Assembly (NCBI GenBank): GCA_964234715.1
Contig: OZ174281.1
DNA: 64,000 nucleotides
Reading direction: 5' to 3' (one strand)
DNA from: Podarcis melisellensis
Lineage: Eukaryota
Position numbers and translations under genes: made by a program. The stretch's first letter is position 1. Each line of letters begins with the position of its first letter. This document shows positions 50,963 through 63,502 of this stretch, piece after piece. The notes below the pieces were generated by a model. It saw only the letters and a program-made list of their open reading frames with translations, searched no databases and was not told the origin of the DNA.

Positions 50963-51335
50963 GTAAAGGTAAAGGACCCCTGACAGCTAAGTCCAGTTGC
51001 GAACGACTCGGGGGTTGTGGCGCTCATCTCGTTTTACTGGCCGAAGGAGCCGACGTTTGTCTGCAGACAGTTTTTCTGGGTCATGTGTCTAGCATGACTA
51101 AGCCACTTTTGGTGCAACGGAACACCGAAACCAGAGCAGCGCATGGAAACGCCATTTACCCTCCCACCGGAGCGGTACCTATTTATCTACTTGCACTTTG
51201 ATGTGCTTTCGAACTGCTAGGTTGGCAGGAGCTGGACAGCGCAACGGGAGCTCACCCCATCGCGGGGATTCGAACCACCTACCTTCCAATCGGCAAGCCC
51301 TAGGCTCATTGGTTTAGACCACAACGCCACCCACA
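50963..51335 (-). mobile_element. Sauria SINE (near full length)
   Basis: GTAAAGGTAAAGGACCCC tail; reverse B box GATTCGAACC. Confidence 0.88.
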
Positions 51336-52092
51336 ATGCCACCCACCCACTTAATATCAGTTAATTGCCCAGAAGGTTGATTCTGGTTTTGAAAGGAAAG
51401 AACCAAGTGCGGGGGAGGGAATCCTAACCCAATTTTTCATATCAGATACAAGCACAGGATCAATATCTTTGATTTTCTGCTGGATATTTCAGTCTCAAAA
51501 CTCTAACCATTTCTAAGAAAGAGTATTATATTTTACTTGCATGCTCACCTAACACGAACAGATAATTTATTTATTATATTTTTATTTAAAAATTAATGTT
51601 TCCCACATTATCTTGATCTAGTAAGGGGAGTTTGAAGGTAGGCTATCAGAGGAATCTCCCCTAAACTCACACAACTGAATTTTGATATTTTTGCTGTGCT
51701 AGCATACTGTGTTGCATTACCCTGGCTAGTATCAACAGCAAGAGACCGTCCCAGTTTTAAGGTTTAGATCAGACACCTGAGATGGTACTGTGAGATGGTA
51801 CTGTAAATCGCTTGGAGGTTTTGGTGATTAAGCAGTATATAAATTCTGTTAAGTAAGAATACTGACTTCAGTACTGGGAGGAAGTGGTACATAATGGCAT
51901 GAGGTGGGTGTAGTTGTTAATGCCCTGGACAAGCAGGTGAGTGGCAAGTTGTTTTCCTGGTACAATATGTTTCTTTAGTGATTTCTTATATGACTTCTAT
52001 TAAAATTATATATACCAGGGTATTTGGTGACTGCATTCTCTAGGAGAGACTGTCCTTGAAGTTGCTAAAATACCTATGTGGCTTCACTACAC

Positions 52093-52555
52093 TTTAAGAA
52101 GGATATTGACAAGCTGGAACATGTGCAGAGAAGAACGACCAAGATGATAAAGGGTCTGGAAACCAAGCATTTATGAGGAACGGTTGAGGGAGCTGGGAAA
52201 AGAGGAGACTGCGTGTAGATATGATAGCCATCTTCAAATATCTAGAAGGCTGTCTCATGGAAGATGGAGCAAACTTGTTTTCTCCTGCTTCAGAGGGTGG
52301 GACCCAAACCAACAGATTCAAATTACAAGAAAGGAGATTGCAGCTAAACACCAGGAAGAATTTTCTGACAGCAAGAACTGTTCAACAGCGGACCAGACTC
52401 CCTTGGAATGTGGTGGACTCTTTTTCCTCGGAGGTTTTTAAGCAGAAGTTGGATGGTCCTCTGTCAAGGATCCTTCACTGAGATTCCTGCTTTACAGGGG
52501 GTTGGACTAGGTGAACCTTGGGATCCCTCCCAGGTCTACAATTCTATTATTCTAT
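52093..52555 (+). mobile_element. CR1 LINE 3' fragment
   Basis: FKKDIDKLEHVQRRTTKMIKGLE then MIAIFKYLEGC...; tail ATTCTATTATTCTATG. Confidence 0.9.
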
Positions 52556-52568
52556 GTTGTTTTGGACT

Positions 52569-52694
52569 GCTGTTGTTTAGTCGTTTAGTCGTGTCCGACC
52601 CTTCGTGACCCCATGGACCTGAGCACGCCAGGCACTCCTATTTTCTACTGCCTCCTGCACTTTGGTCAAACTCATGCTGGTAGCTTCGAGAACA
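52569..52694 (-). mobile_element. Bov-B LINE short 3' fragment
   Basis: Same 3' end; TSD TGGACT. Confidence 0.85.
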
Positions 52695-53989
52695 TGGACT
52701 AGCATCTCCTTTTGACATAAGACAGGCACCCACTATTTGTAGCTTCCAGAAACAATTAAGATGTTTTTGTTTTGAGAGGCTTTCCCAACCGGCTGGGGAG
52801 GAAATTGTTTTTATTTTGTATTATATGCCTTGAGTGTTTATATTTGTATTTTTTAAAAAATCATCTTTGGTTAGTTTTAAAATTGTTTTGAAGCCTATTT
52901 TTAGGTATTTTATTTCATTATTGCCTTGAAATTTATGTGAAAGGTGATTAATAAATTGACAAAACCACAATAAAACTAGGGATATGGTATTTCTAACCCC
53001 CTCCCCCATCCCTTCCTGCTTGTGTTATCTGAAAATATGGCACAATAAATATTGGCAATATTTAATTTCACAACCGTGAAGATGGGGCAAATTGCTTCCT
53101 TGTACTGCATACACCTCATGTTGTAACACACTGTTTCTTCAGTCTTGGGTCCCCAAGTGTGGCCGACAACTTGCATAATCCTCAGCCTGCTTAGACAATG
53201 GTCAGGGAAGATGGACATTGCAGTCCAACAATATTTGGGGACCCACGGTTGAAGAAGCATCCTCTTTGCTTCTACTTGGAGCAGCTAGACTTTGTCGTAG
53301 TAGAAACATGACATGCTTGTGTTCACTCTTTCTTAGAAGTAGTTATTTCCCAAATGTGTTGTAGCACACTTGTATACCTTATTGCAGGGAAAAGACAGGG
53401 ATGAGCTATATGCAAATCACAGGACTGCTTAGTTTGTTATGGCCCAAAACTAGATGGCTCAAAGTTTCTGCAGTGCTCTCTTACCTCCTGTCCTGGTGGC
53501 TTAGCAAGAAAATTTTGCCTTAACAATGCATTGCATTTTAGCAAGCACTTTCACCAAATGTGACTCATGGAAAGGGCGCAAGCAGAAGAAGGCAAAGGTT
53601 GTATATTTGGATGAGCATATCCTGTCTTAATTATGCTTGAAGTGGCACCACTGAGAACATTTAGAGTTGATATGAATTAGGCCTTAGTAATGATCATTGC
53701 CTTCCACTTCTGAATTCACTTTGGGGTTTACAGCTGCTGTTCCAACATTTCCTGGAAGGCTGTAAAATGTGATACTCGTGTAATATAGCCCTGCATGGGC
53801 TATTAATCTAGTGTATTACATTGGATGTAGCTTTTAGGCAAAGAGTTCTGCAAGCGTACTTAGACCTTCACTGCAGTAAAGGTGACTGTGGAAAGACTAC
53901 TTTAGAAATATGCTGATGCTAGAAAGTTAGAGCTAGTTTTTCAAACAGGATTTTGACTAAGGGAGAAGGAAATAATGCAAATAAGTGAT

Positions 53990-54557
53990 GAATAATAATA
54001 ATAATAAATTTTATTTATATCCCGCCCTCCCCAGCCGAAGCCGGACTCAGGGCGGCTAACAACAATAAAATAGTACAACATTGTAAAATTAATTCAAATC
54101 AAATTGATGGCAACCATTAGGCTAAAGTTCTGTGAAGATTGCCAAAGGAGGGAGTCAGGCTGTGCCCTGACCAAAGGCCTGGTGGAACAGCAGTCTTGCA
54201 GGCCCTGCGGAAAGATGTCAAGTCCTCTTGTGACAGAGCGTTCCACCAGATTGGAGCCACAGCTGAAAAAGCCCTGGCTCTGGTTGAGGCCAGCCTAACC
54301 TCTCTGTGGCCTGGGACCTTCAGGATGTTTTTGTTTGAAGACCATAAGTTCCTCCGTGGGACATACCAGGAGAGGCGGTCCCGTATGTACGAGGGTCCTA
54401 GGCAGTATAGGGTTAAAACCAGCACCTTAAACTTGATCCTGTACCCCACCGGGAGCCAGTGCAGCTGGTATAGCACCGGGTGAATGTGATCTCGCAGCAA
54501 GGACCCTGTAAGGAGTCTCACCGCGGCATTCTGCACCTGCTGGAGTTTCTGGGTCAC
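53990..54557 (-). mobile_element. L2 LINE 3' fragment
   Basis: QKLQQVQNAAVRLLTG...HIHPVLYQLHWLPVGYRIKFKVLVLT; (AAT)n tail. Confidence 0.88.
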
Positions 54558-55250
54558 TTTTGCATACCTAGTTTAATGTTTGAACAGCAGAGCAGTGTCT
54601 ATAGGATCTTGGTGCTCTTAAGTTCTACAAACTAGATTGCATTTGATTATTTACCCCTGCTCTAACAAATGGCCTTAAAAGCCCAAAAACTGATTATGAT
54701 GTGCCAATTTTCCATTGCAGGGGTGGGACACAAAGAAGAATAAACTTCCTACTAGAAAGGGGCAGAGCTGCTTTACTATTTTGTGCTGTTTATTCCTGTG
54801 CTCTGTAGCTCCCATTTCTCAAACAGTTGAACGCTCAAAGAAAACTTATATAGACTCATAAAATGGTAGAATTGGAAGGGATCTCGAAGGTCATCAACTC
54901 CCTGGAATCCTGACCACAGCTGTCCCTGGGTGGGCTTGAACCACCAACCTTCTGGTTAACAGCCAGACACACTTTGTGGGGCCAGTTTCCTTTTGGAGGC
55001 GATAGGAAGATGATTTTTTTATGCTAGAGTGATCTATAAATACAAGTGATCTAAAAAATTTACTGTACAGGGTGATAAATGTTTTTGAATGGAAATTTCC
55101 CCCTCTATACATTTGAATAGATTATTTTTAATGGTTTGTGTCTTTTGGAGGCGCTTTTCCTTAGGAAAATGAACACCAATTATAGAATTTGTTTATGTAT
55201 CGCTTATAAAGTCTGAAATGTTATTTTTTTCCTTCCTCCCATTTCAGAAT

Positions 55251-55265
55251 ATGACAGATACCTAG
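55251..55265 (+). other. Short uORF (ATG ACA GAT ACC TAG, MTDT*) in the PTK2 leader
   Basis: Read directly; out of frame with the main ATG; stop ends 14 nt before 55280; A at -3. Confidence 0.75.
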
Positions 55266-55279
55266 CATCTAGCAAAACC

Positions 55280-55474
55280 ATGGCAGCAGCTTACCTAGAC
55301 CCAAACTTGAATCACACGCCAAGCTCAAGCACAAAGACGCACCTCAGTTCTGGGATGGAGCGTTCTCCTGGGACAATGGAACGAGTCCTAAAGGTTTTCC
55401 ATTATTTTGAAAGTAACAGTGAGCCGACAACATGGGCCAGTATTATACGTCACGGGGATGCTACAGATGTTTGG
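55280..55474 (+). CDS. PTK2: PTK2/FAK first canonical coding exon, codons 1-65 (whole exon 55248-55474, including 32 nt upstream of the ATG)
   Basis: Translates MAAAYLDPNLNHTPSSSTKTHLSSGMERSPGTMERVLKVFHYFESNSEPTTWASIIRHGDATDVW, the FAK N-terminus and start of the FERM F1 lobe. Acceptor ttttttccttcctcccatttcag|55248; donor 55474|gtaagc (phase 0); ATG in AAAACCATGG Kozak context. Confidence 0.98.
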
Positions 55475-58400
55475 GTAAGCTGATTTAACATTTTGAAGTT
55501 CTTTAGAGATGGTTTTTTGAAGGTCATTCTCAGAATGTGAAGCAAATAACTTGAGGCTGAGGGACACAGATGTTGAAGTGTTTACTTGAAGGTCTTTATT
55601 CAGCACATGCTGTGAGTCATTCCAGGCAAAGCTTTGATTTCTAAAATTTTCTTGAGGAATGTGTCTACTCAGAAGTAAATCCTGTTGAATTCAATGTGGG
55701 TTACTGCCAGGTAAGTGGGGTTAGGTTTGAAGCTTTAGCTGACCTATTTAATGCCTTTGCTCAATTTTTTTTTATCCCCATGAACCACATTACAGCTATT
55801 CATATTTATTTGCACCTGCAATCTTTTTGTTTTAAGCTACTGACATGATTAAATAATATTTAAAAAGAATATTTTTCTTGGTTAAACAAGCTAACCAAGA
55901 CTTTATGGTATGTCATGGTATGCTAATTTTGGTATGGTGTGCCAATTTTTATTTTAGTTGTCTGCAGACAAATACGTTATTTTTCACAAAAACTAAAGTA
56001 TTGCTCTTGGGCTAACTTAAAAGAAAATAAGATGGAACAGAAAAAACTTCAAACCCAGGTAGTAGCATTTTACATTTCAAATGACCTTTTGTCTCAGAAT
56101 TTTAAATATTCCATGCTGCAATAGGAAGGGATTTACATAGTTCAGATGTAATGCTTTTTTCGTCTTGAAGGAATTCACTTAGAAAATGCTGTGTGTTTGC
56201 AATATGAGCTTGAAAGATACATTTTTCAACCTTGCTTTTAAATCTGAGACTTACAGCTCCAAGAGAACCTAAGCAAATGAGGCACTTACTTAATTTTGAT
56301 TTCTGAAATTATTGTGGCCCATCCTGTGAGCTTGTTTTAGATACTTGAAGCTCTTTTACAGGTAATCAGCTCGTAATTATTGCCATAACAGGCAAGGCAT
56401 CCCAGGGGAGTACTAAAGCTTCTGTTTCTTACACTACTAGGTATTTTGCTTGCATCACACAAAGATTATGCCTACTTCTCATTGAGGTGCTCAAACTGTG
56501 TCTGGGCTGCACCACTTCAGACTACTAATATGACAGAATGTTCCTACATACCCACTTCAGATTGCTGTACCACTCCCTATAGCCGCAGTCAGCATGGTTG
56601 GAAATGTTCAGCAGCATCTGGATAGTCATAAGTCAGCTATCCTGGCCTGGAGCAAACTGTAGTTTGGCCTAGCAATATGTTTGAAAAGGAGACAGTGGCT
56701 TGTTTGCCCCCAAACAAACCCTGAGCTGTAAGCCGAGAACAAAACCAAGGTTTATTTGAAGAGAAGCAAACCACAGTCCTGGACATCTAGACATAATGCT
56801 AAGCCAAACCATTGCATAACTCCCAGCAGCATGACAGTAGCAGGAGTGGGGGAGGAGCAAAGCACCTGCAATTTTAGCCCCATGCATTAAACTGTGCTTT
56901 AAGGTGCCATGCAAACCAGGCCACCAAGGAGTGGGCCTATGTTTAATAAGGCAATAATGGGTGGCAGGATTGCCCTAAAGCTTTAAAAATATATATATGA
57001 AAGGGGGTATTTTTCTGAATTAAGCAAAACTAGCAACCAAATCCCCCATTTAGACCTGACTTTAGCACTCCTTTTGATTGGAAGTGGTAATGATCATGGA
57101 ATTCAATATAGAAGATCACTAGCAATGCTACTGACTGCGGCATGCCCTTTCTGTGCCCACAAAGAAGGAATGGTACCGAAAAAAATTGGGACATAGCATT
57201 ACCAGAACATGTAACCCAACATAGGCAAGTCATTGAGGGTAAAATGAAATGAGACAGTTTTGATGATACTTGGTTCCCCTTCATTATTTATATCAATAAA
57301 TCTCATAAGGTCACCAGCATGCCAAACAGCAGTGGAAGGCTACCTTCGGAAATGAGAATGATGACGGTAGAACTCTTCTAATGCTCCTGTGTTTTAGTCA
57401 CCAGATAAATTGTTCTTTTCATTTTGTTCTTTTGTTTTGGGTTTATATATACATTTTGTGGTATTAAGTGGAATTTTCTAAGGTACCTCCACAAACATTC
57501 CAAAAAGGTTTTTTAAAAGAATGAGAAAAAGAATGGGGAAGTGGCTTCGGGAATTGATGTAACTTACTGTTGACACATGTTCTTTAGGTGATAGCTACCA
57601 TATAGCAGTCTCACTCTCAGACAGACTCTTAGACTGCTGACGGATATGAATTATTCTTTCTGCTCTCGCTATTTTGAGCTAACTGCTGGTTAATAGCTAT
57701 GCAATTGTTTACATGATCACTTGAAATAAAGTAAATGAAACAGGTGCCCTAGGAGGCTTCTTAAACTTTTAGACTATGATCCTTTGATCACATCAGTTAC
57801 TTAACGCAGCATGTAATTTTAACCCCCAGTTGGGTTTATCTTAAAAATTCTAGCTTGAAAGATTACTTTGTTTCCTTCATTAGTTGTTTGTAAACCTCGC
57901 CAGTGTGAGTGGTTTTTGTTTTTATTATTTTTAAATTGACTTGTTCGGTAATAATCCACGCTAGTTTTCCCACCCTCCCCCCTTTTTTTAATTAAAAAAA
58001 TGGTTGTCCATTTGCAATTCTTAAGTTACATCTGCTATAAATAAAATTTATTATTATTATTATTATTTTCTTTCTTTTTTCATTGTTAACAAAACTGTCC
58101 TACTTGGCGAGGTTTCTGAAAAGAAGTCTGTATGTTATGTGGACATTTTTTGTGCCAAGTTCAGAAAGCACAGAAAAAATGAATGAATTGCATTCCATGG
58201 CTGCTTCTATTCATACATCGATTGGGGGAGGGAGACTTGGAAGTGTGCCCATAGTGGGACTGTCAGGCTCACACTTAGCTATGCATAAATAGATCTTTAG
58301 GGTTCAATGCCTGAAATTTGTGCTGACCCACATAGCTCTAGTTATGGCCAACTGTGTTTTGCAGCATTAGGAAAACTTGCACTTAAACAACACTATCTGG

Positions 58401-59294
58401 CAGCAATAACTTCTTCTGTGTTTACCATATTGTGCTCAAGGTTTTCAGGCTAGAAGAAATGCTGTGTGGAATTGATAGACCTACAAATATAAGCACTGCA
58501 GTTCAGGTTCTTAGTTCAGTGGCACACTAGTCTCGCTGGTTGTCTCCTGAGTGTAGAGCTAGACTGTGATGGGAATTAGATAAACAAAGATTTCACCACC
58601 ATCTTAATGTATCCAGTGAAAGGCAAACAGAAGGCATGGTTCTGTTCAGTATGAAAATCTGAAGCAGCTGTTACTGTTCAGTAGTGACCGTTCTTTCACC
58701 GTGGTGATTCATGTTGCCTCTCAATAACTTTTAAAATGTATTATTTATTCACATTTACAACACTTATATGCTTTATACCATTAAGTTTTCTGGGCTGCTT
58801 ACCACACATGCATGCATGCACACACACACACACAATTCAAATACAGGATAAAAGCAAAAGCAACGCAGATATAACAAGAAAACAATACTGACTGCAACTT
58901 AAGGTTAAAACACAGGTATAAAAGCTGGGAGAAACATATTACACCTCTAGCTAATATTTCATTACCCATAAACAATTTTATTAAGGAATAACTCGTAATA
59001 AACACAAATGTTTGCTATGCTATTATTTGATCTTATGTAGAAAATGTGAATTCTTAAAATTTATGCTCAGGAGGCTATTATCCTTACATTTATATCCCCT
59101 TTTCTTCTGTCCTGAAACCCAAGGCAGCATGCAAGTGGTTCGTAGGCGATCACCCATCCAGGCACTGTCTGAACACAGGCCTGCTTCTGTTCAGCAAGGT
59201 GGTGTCCTCATGTGCCTTCTGACCATATCATGCTCATTCAAGAAAGAATTTTAAGAAAAAACAAACAAATCATTGCATTCTTTCTCTTTTTTAG

Positions 59295-59461
59295 GGCATA
59301 ATCCAGAAGATAGTAGATAGTCACAAAGTAAAAAATGTAGCCTGTTACGGTTTACGGCTCAGTCACCTGCAGTCAGAGGAAGTTCATTGGCTTCATCCAG
59401 ACATGGGAGTGTCCAACGTGAGGGAGAAATTTGAACTATCCCACGCGCCGGAGGAATGGAA
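59295..59461 (+). CDS. PTK2: PTK2/FAK second canonical coding exon (167 nt, FERM domain)
   Basis: Acceptor tttctcttttttag|; translates GIIQKIVDSHKVKNVACYGLRLSHLQSEEVHWLHPDMGVSNVREKFELSHAPEEW(K); donor aa|gtaagg (phase 2); in frame with the previous exon. Not in the supplied ORF track. Confidence 0.98.
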
Positions 59462-59945
59462 GTAAGGCAAAAACCTAGAAGCGTTCCCACTCGTTAAATG
59501 CATGATACTTTGAAAACTATGTTGTGTACTGCTCCATAGTTCCATAGAGGTGGAAGACAGCAGTTAAATTAACAAGCAGATATGTTTTTGTTTAGGGAAT
59601 GAGAAAGTAAACGATGCAGTGAAATCAGATATTTCGGTGGAAACCCATTCCAGTTGCAGGGGGCAGGAGGGAGACCTGCTAGGTACAGGAAGCAAAATAA
59701 AAAATAATACAAACATGAAAAATGTAAACACAGGAAGAGTAGAACAGTGGCTGGCTGGCTGAAATGAAGCCTGTCCCAGATGGCTTATCTGCTGTCCTAG
59801 CAGTCTGAGGTGAGGAAGGATGGAATTGTTTCTTTGCTGTGCATTGATCCTGCTGACTAGGAAAGGAGGAAAAGCTATAAAAGACAGTTCAGAAGCTGGA
59901 TGTTGGGGGAAACAGTTACCAAGTATGGGAAAAAAGAGTGGTGAG

Positions 59946-60051
59946 AGGCCCTAGAGACAGACATGTAGGGTCTACTTCCCTAGCTAACAGGACCAGTGGT
60001 CAGGGATGATGGGAGTTATAGTCCCAAAACATCTGGAGGGCCAAGTTTGCC

Positions 60052-60090
<39 letters not shown>

Positions 60091-60219
60091 TTATTATTTA
60101 TTATTTATTATTTAGGCCCTAGAGACAGACATGTAGGGTCTACTTCCCTAGCTAACAGGACCAGTGGTCAGGGATGATGGGAGTTATAGTCCCAAAACAT
60201 CTGGAGGGCCAAGTTTGCC

Positions 60220-60252
<33 letters not shown>

Positions 60253-60265
60253 TTATTATTTATTT
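59946..60265. repeat. Tandem duplication (period 168 bp) including an (AAT)n microsatellite
   Basis: Copies start at 59946 and 60114; unique part identical; (AAT)13 versus (AAT)11. Confidence 0.92.
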
Positions 60266-60708
60266 GTGGGGAGGTGCAGGGGTCGGGGATGCTGAAAATC
60301 CGCTGCAAAGAACAGTGTTGCTAGACTGGTTCAGAGTAAAACAGTGTTGCTAGACTGGTTCAGACTGGTTTTGCTTGTCCCTGTAAACACTTGACCAACA
60401 GGGCAAGTTGCGAAACATTTATGAATGTTCTGGAACTGCATCCACACATTCAGTGTGGAATGTTTGGCAATTAAGACTTCTGTAACCTCATTTCCTTCTT
60501 TCTCTGGGACTTCTTAGCAGGTTGACAGGCATGGGACAATTGTGGAAACTATCATTCCTGTTAGAAGCACTGCTGAGTTACTGTGGGTCCTTGAGCAAGA
60601 TGACTCTCTAAATTATTGTGGCGGAGTTGCAGGGAACTCTTTTGTGTGTTCTCCCTACTTGTGTCAGGCAGAGCCTACTCTGCTCCAGCTTCTCTAGGTC
60701 CTCATTAA

Positions 60709-61055
60709 AAAGGTAAAGGGGACCCCTGACTATTAGGTCCAGTCGTGACCGACTCTGGGGTTGCGGCGCTCATCTCGCTTTATTGGCCGAGGGAGCCGGC
60801 GTACAGCTTCCGGGTCATGTGGCCAGCATGACTAAGCCGCTCCTGGTGAACCAGAGCAGCGCACGGAAACACCGTTTACCTTCCCGCCGGAACCTATTTA
60901 TTTACTTGCACTTTGACGTGCTTTCAAATTGCTAGGTGGGCAGGAGCTGGGACCGAGCAACGGGAGCTCACCCCATCGCAGGGATTCAAACCGCCGACCT
61001 TCTGATCGGCAAGTCCTAGGCTCTGTGGTTTAACCCACAGCGCCACCCACATCCC
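60709..61055 (-). mobile_element. Sauria SINE (full length)
   Basis: TSD CTAGGTCCTCATTAA (60694-60708, 61058-61072). Confidence 0.92.
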
Positions 61056-62889
61056 ACCTAGGTCCTCATTAAGTTACAGCAAATATGGCAGTACTGGTTT
61101 TTTCTAGGCTCTGTAACGTACCTCGTTTGGTGTCTGGCCCTTCTGATGATACTCACGTCACTGCTAGTTTGCAAAAGTAGTGACTCTTCTCATGTAATGA
61201 GTGACTCACCCATTAAGACTTCTTGCTACAAGCAAGGAGCTGCCATTCACTAGAAAAATGCCTTCTGATTTTTACAGTGTGATTTGGCTCTCTGTGGCTT
61301 GCATTCAGTTTGACAGCCTATAAACATTTTTTTTCTGGTAATGCTGAGTGCATTGCAACAAATCAAGTGCAACATGGGTATGAACTATCTTGGAACAGAC
61401 TTGCTTGTCTTAACCCTTCACATTAAATTAAAAGGTTTTTAAAATTTTGAGTGAATAAAATGTAGCATTTATTTTTTCACATTAACATTTCTATTTCAGT
61501 GTTCTGTAGTGAGCATGTGATTCTTTTTTCACCAAGTAAATTATCATAAAATCATACAAAATTATACCTTTGACATTTTTTTAAAGTATACTTATATTCA
61601 GTGTGACTGTAATTTATGCTGGAAAAATTAGTTCTGAAACGTAAAAGTGCCAGTTTCATTTATAGTATTCACGGGTACTCTCATGTCTTAATGCATTGCA
61701 GAACAAAGATAATAACCTTTAAAAGCAAAGTTAGATAATTGTTCTGATGTTTAGGTGATCAGGTCATATAAAATCCCTCATGAAAGCATCATGAGTTGGT
61801 ATAAATTATTCATCATCTTTCCAGAGTGTAATTTCATGCTTTATCAAAGATGTGCAGCCTGCCTTGCTCTCTTAATCTGTGGAGGTTTGTTGGGAATAAT
61901 GAAACCACTGCTGTCATATTTTTTTAATACATGAAACACAGCATTTAGTATCGGATGACAGTGCTTGTAAAAATATTTAGATTAGTGGGGTAGAAGAAGA
62001 ATTCTGGAAGAGGGCTTGAATCTAATAGCTTTCTACTGTGTAATAATATATAAATGAGGATTCTCCTTAAATAGCTTTAACTTAAAAAAAATAATGTAAA
62101 AAGGAGGCTTCTGTCAGTGCGAATGAGAAGATGTGACAACTTAATTCTGGTATTCATATTTGTGACACCTTTTCCAGAGCTTTTCTATAGTAAAAGAGCC
62201 AGAGATGGAAGAATCAAGCGGTGGTTAACAGAGAACTAGATCTGCACCAGACCAATGAAATGTGCACGTCACTCTTGCAGCTGCTTTCTGTTCATGTTCT
62301 TCATTTATGGCTGCTCCAGTATTTAGCACTTAGACAACATGCTGCCGAGAGCATCTGTGTTCTGCTCTACTGCTGGTGCTGACAACATGTAAACCCCACA
62401 ATTTGGGCTTCTGATTCTTGGGACTCGCTCAGTGTCCTCATTTTGAGAAGTGCAGTAATGGAATATGAATGAATATGGGTGTTTTTTTTTTAAAAAAGGA
62501 TAGGATAAAAATCAAATTAGTAATAATGATGATGATTAATAAAAGTAGTAATGTTTTAGTCTAAGAGACTGATTTCTGAATTCTATCCCAGGGACTTCTG
62601 GGGCTTCTCTAAAGTTTATCAGGAATTTTTCAGTGAGAAAGATCAGTAATACCAGAAACCTTGTCTGCCATTGTTATCAGTGAGTAGCTGCAAGGGAGTT
62701 TTGTATGACTTCTGTGCTGCATTCACCATCTACAAGAGACATTGGCCAAAAAACCTGGTGAACACTCTGCATGGATTGGAGAGTTCTAGGATACAGTGAC
62801 CTTGACAATGTGCAGGGCATCCTTGGCAGACAAGTCAATATAGAAACGGTTCCCTGAAGATACAGAGTTTGCAAACTATTGGCCTAGAA

Positions 62890-63140
62890 CAGGGGTCAGG
62901 AAACTTTTTCAGCAGGGGGCCGATCCACTGTCCCTTAGACCTTGTGGGGGGCCGGACTATTTTTGACCAAAAAAAATTGAACGAATTCCTATGCCCCACA
63001 AAGAACCCAGAGATGCATTTTAAATAAAAGGACACATTCTACTCATGTAAAAACACGCTGATTCCCGGACCGTCAGTGGGCCGGATTTAGAAGGCGATTG
63101 GGCCGGATCCGGCCCCCGGGCCTTACTTTGCCTACCCATG
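62890..63140. mobile_element. hAT MITE
   Basis: Ends CAGGGGTCAGGAAA / TTTGCCTACCCATG; TSD GCCTAGAA / GTCTAGAA. Confidence 0.8.
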
Positions 63141-63276
63141 GTCTAGAAGCTCAGTCAGCCATCCTGTCAAAACGAATACGTTTTTTGCTTTCTGGGAAGT
63201 TGCCTGAAAAACCCATTCAGCTCATCTTGACAGAACAGCTGACAGACAATTGACATGAACAACATTAAGCAAAGTA

Positions 63277-63502
63277 CAGTGGTACCTCGGGTTAAGTACT
63301 TAATTCGTTCTGGAGATCCGTACTTAACCTGAAACTGTTCTTAACCTGAAGCACCACTTTAGCTAATGGGGCCTCCTGCTGCTGCCACGCCACCAGAGCA
63401 CGATTTCTGTTCTCATCCTGAAGCAAAGTTCTTAACCTGAAGCACTATTTCTGGATTAGCGGAGTCTGTAACCTGAAGCGTATGTAACCCAAGGTACCAC
63501 TG
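63277..63502. mobile_element. Tc1/mariner (Tigger-like) MITE, family B, inverted copy
   Basis: Reverse-complement homologue of 21414-21655; TA TSD. Confidence 0.88.

Noticed and set aside
1-55247. Orthologue of the mammalian MISADCNLCLP alternative exon of FAK
   Set aside because: Not found by eye; TBLASTN would be needed to exclude it.
55475-55483. ORF-track ending VS* as a truncated FAK
   Set aside because: Read-through into the intron past the GTAAGC donor.
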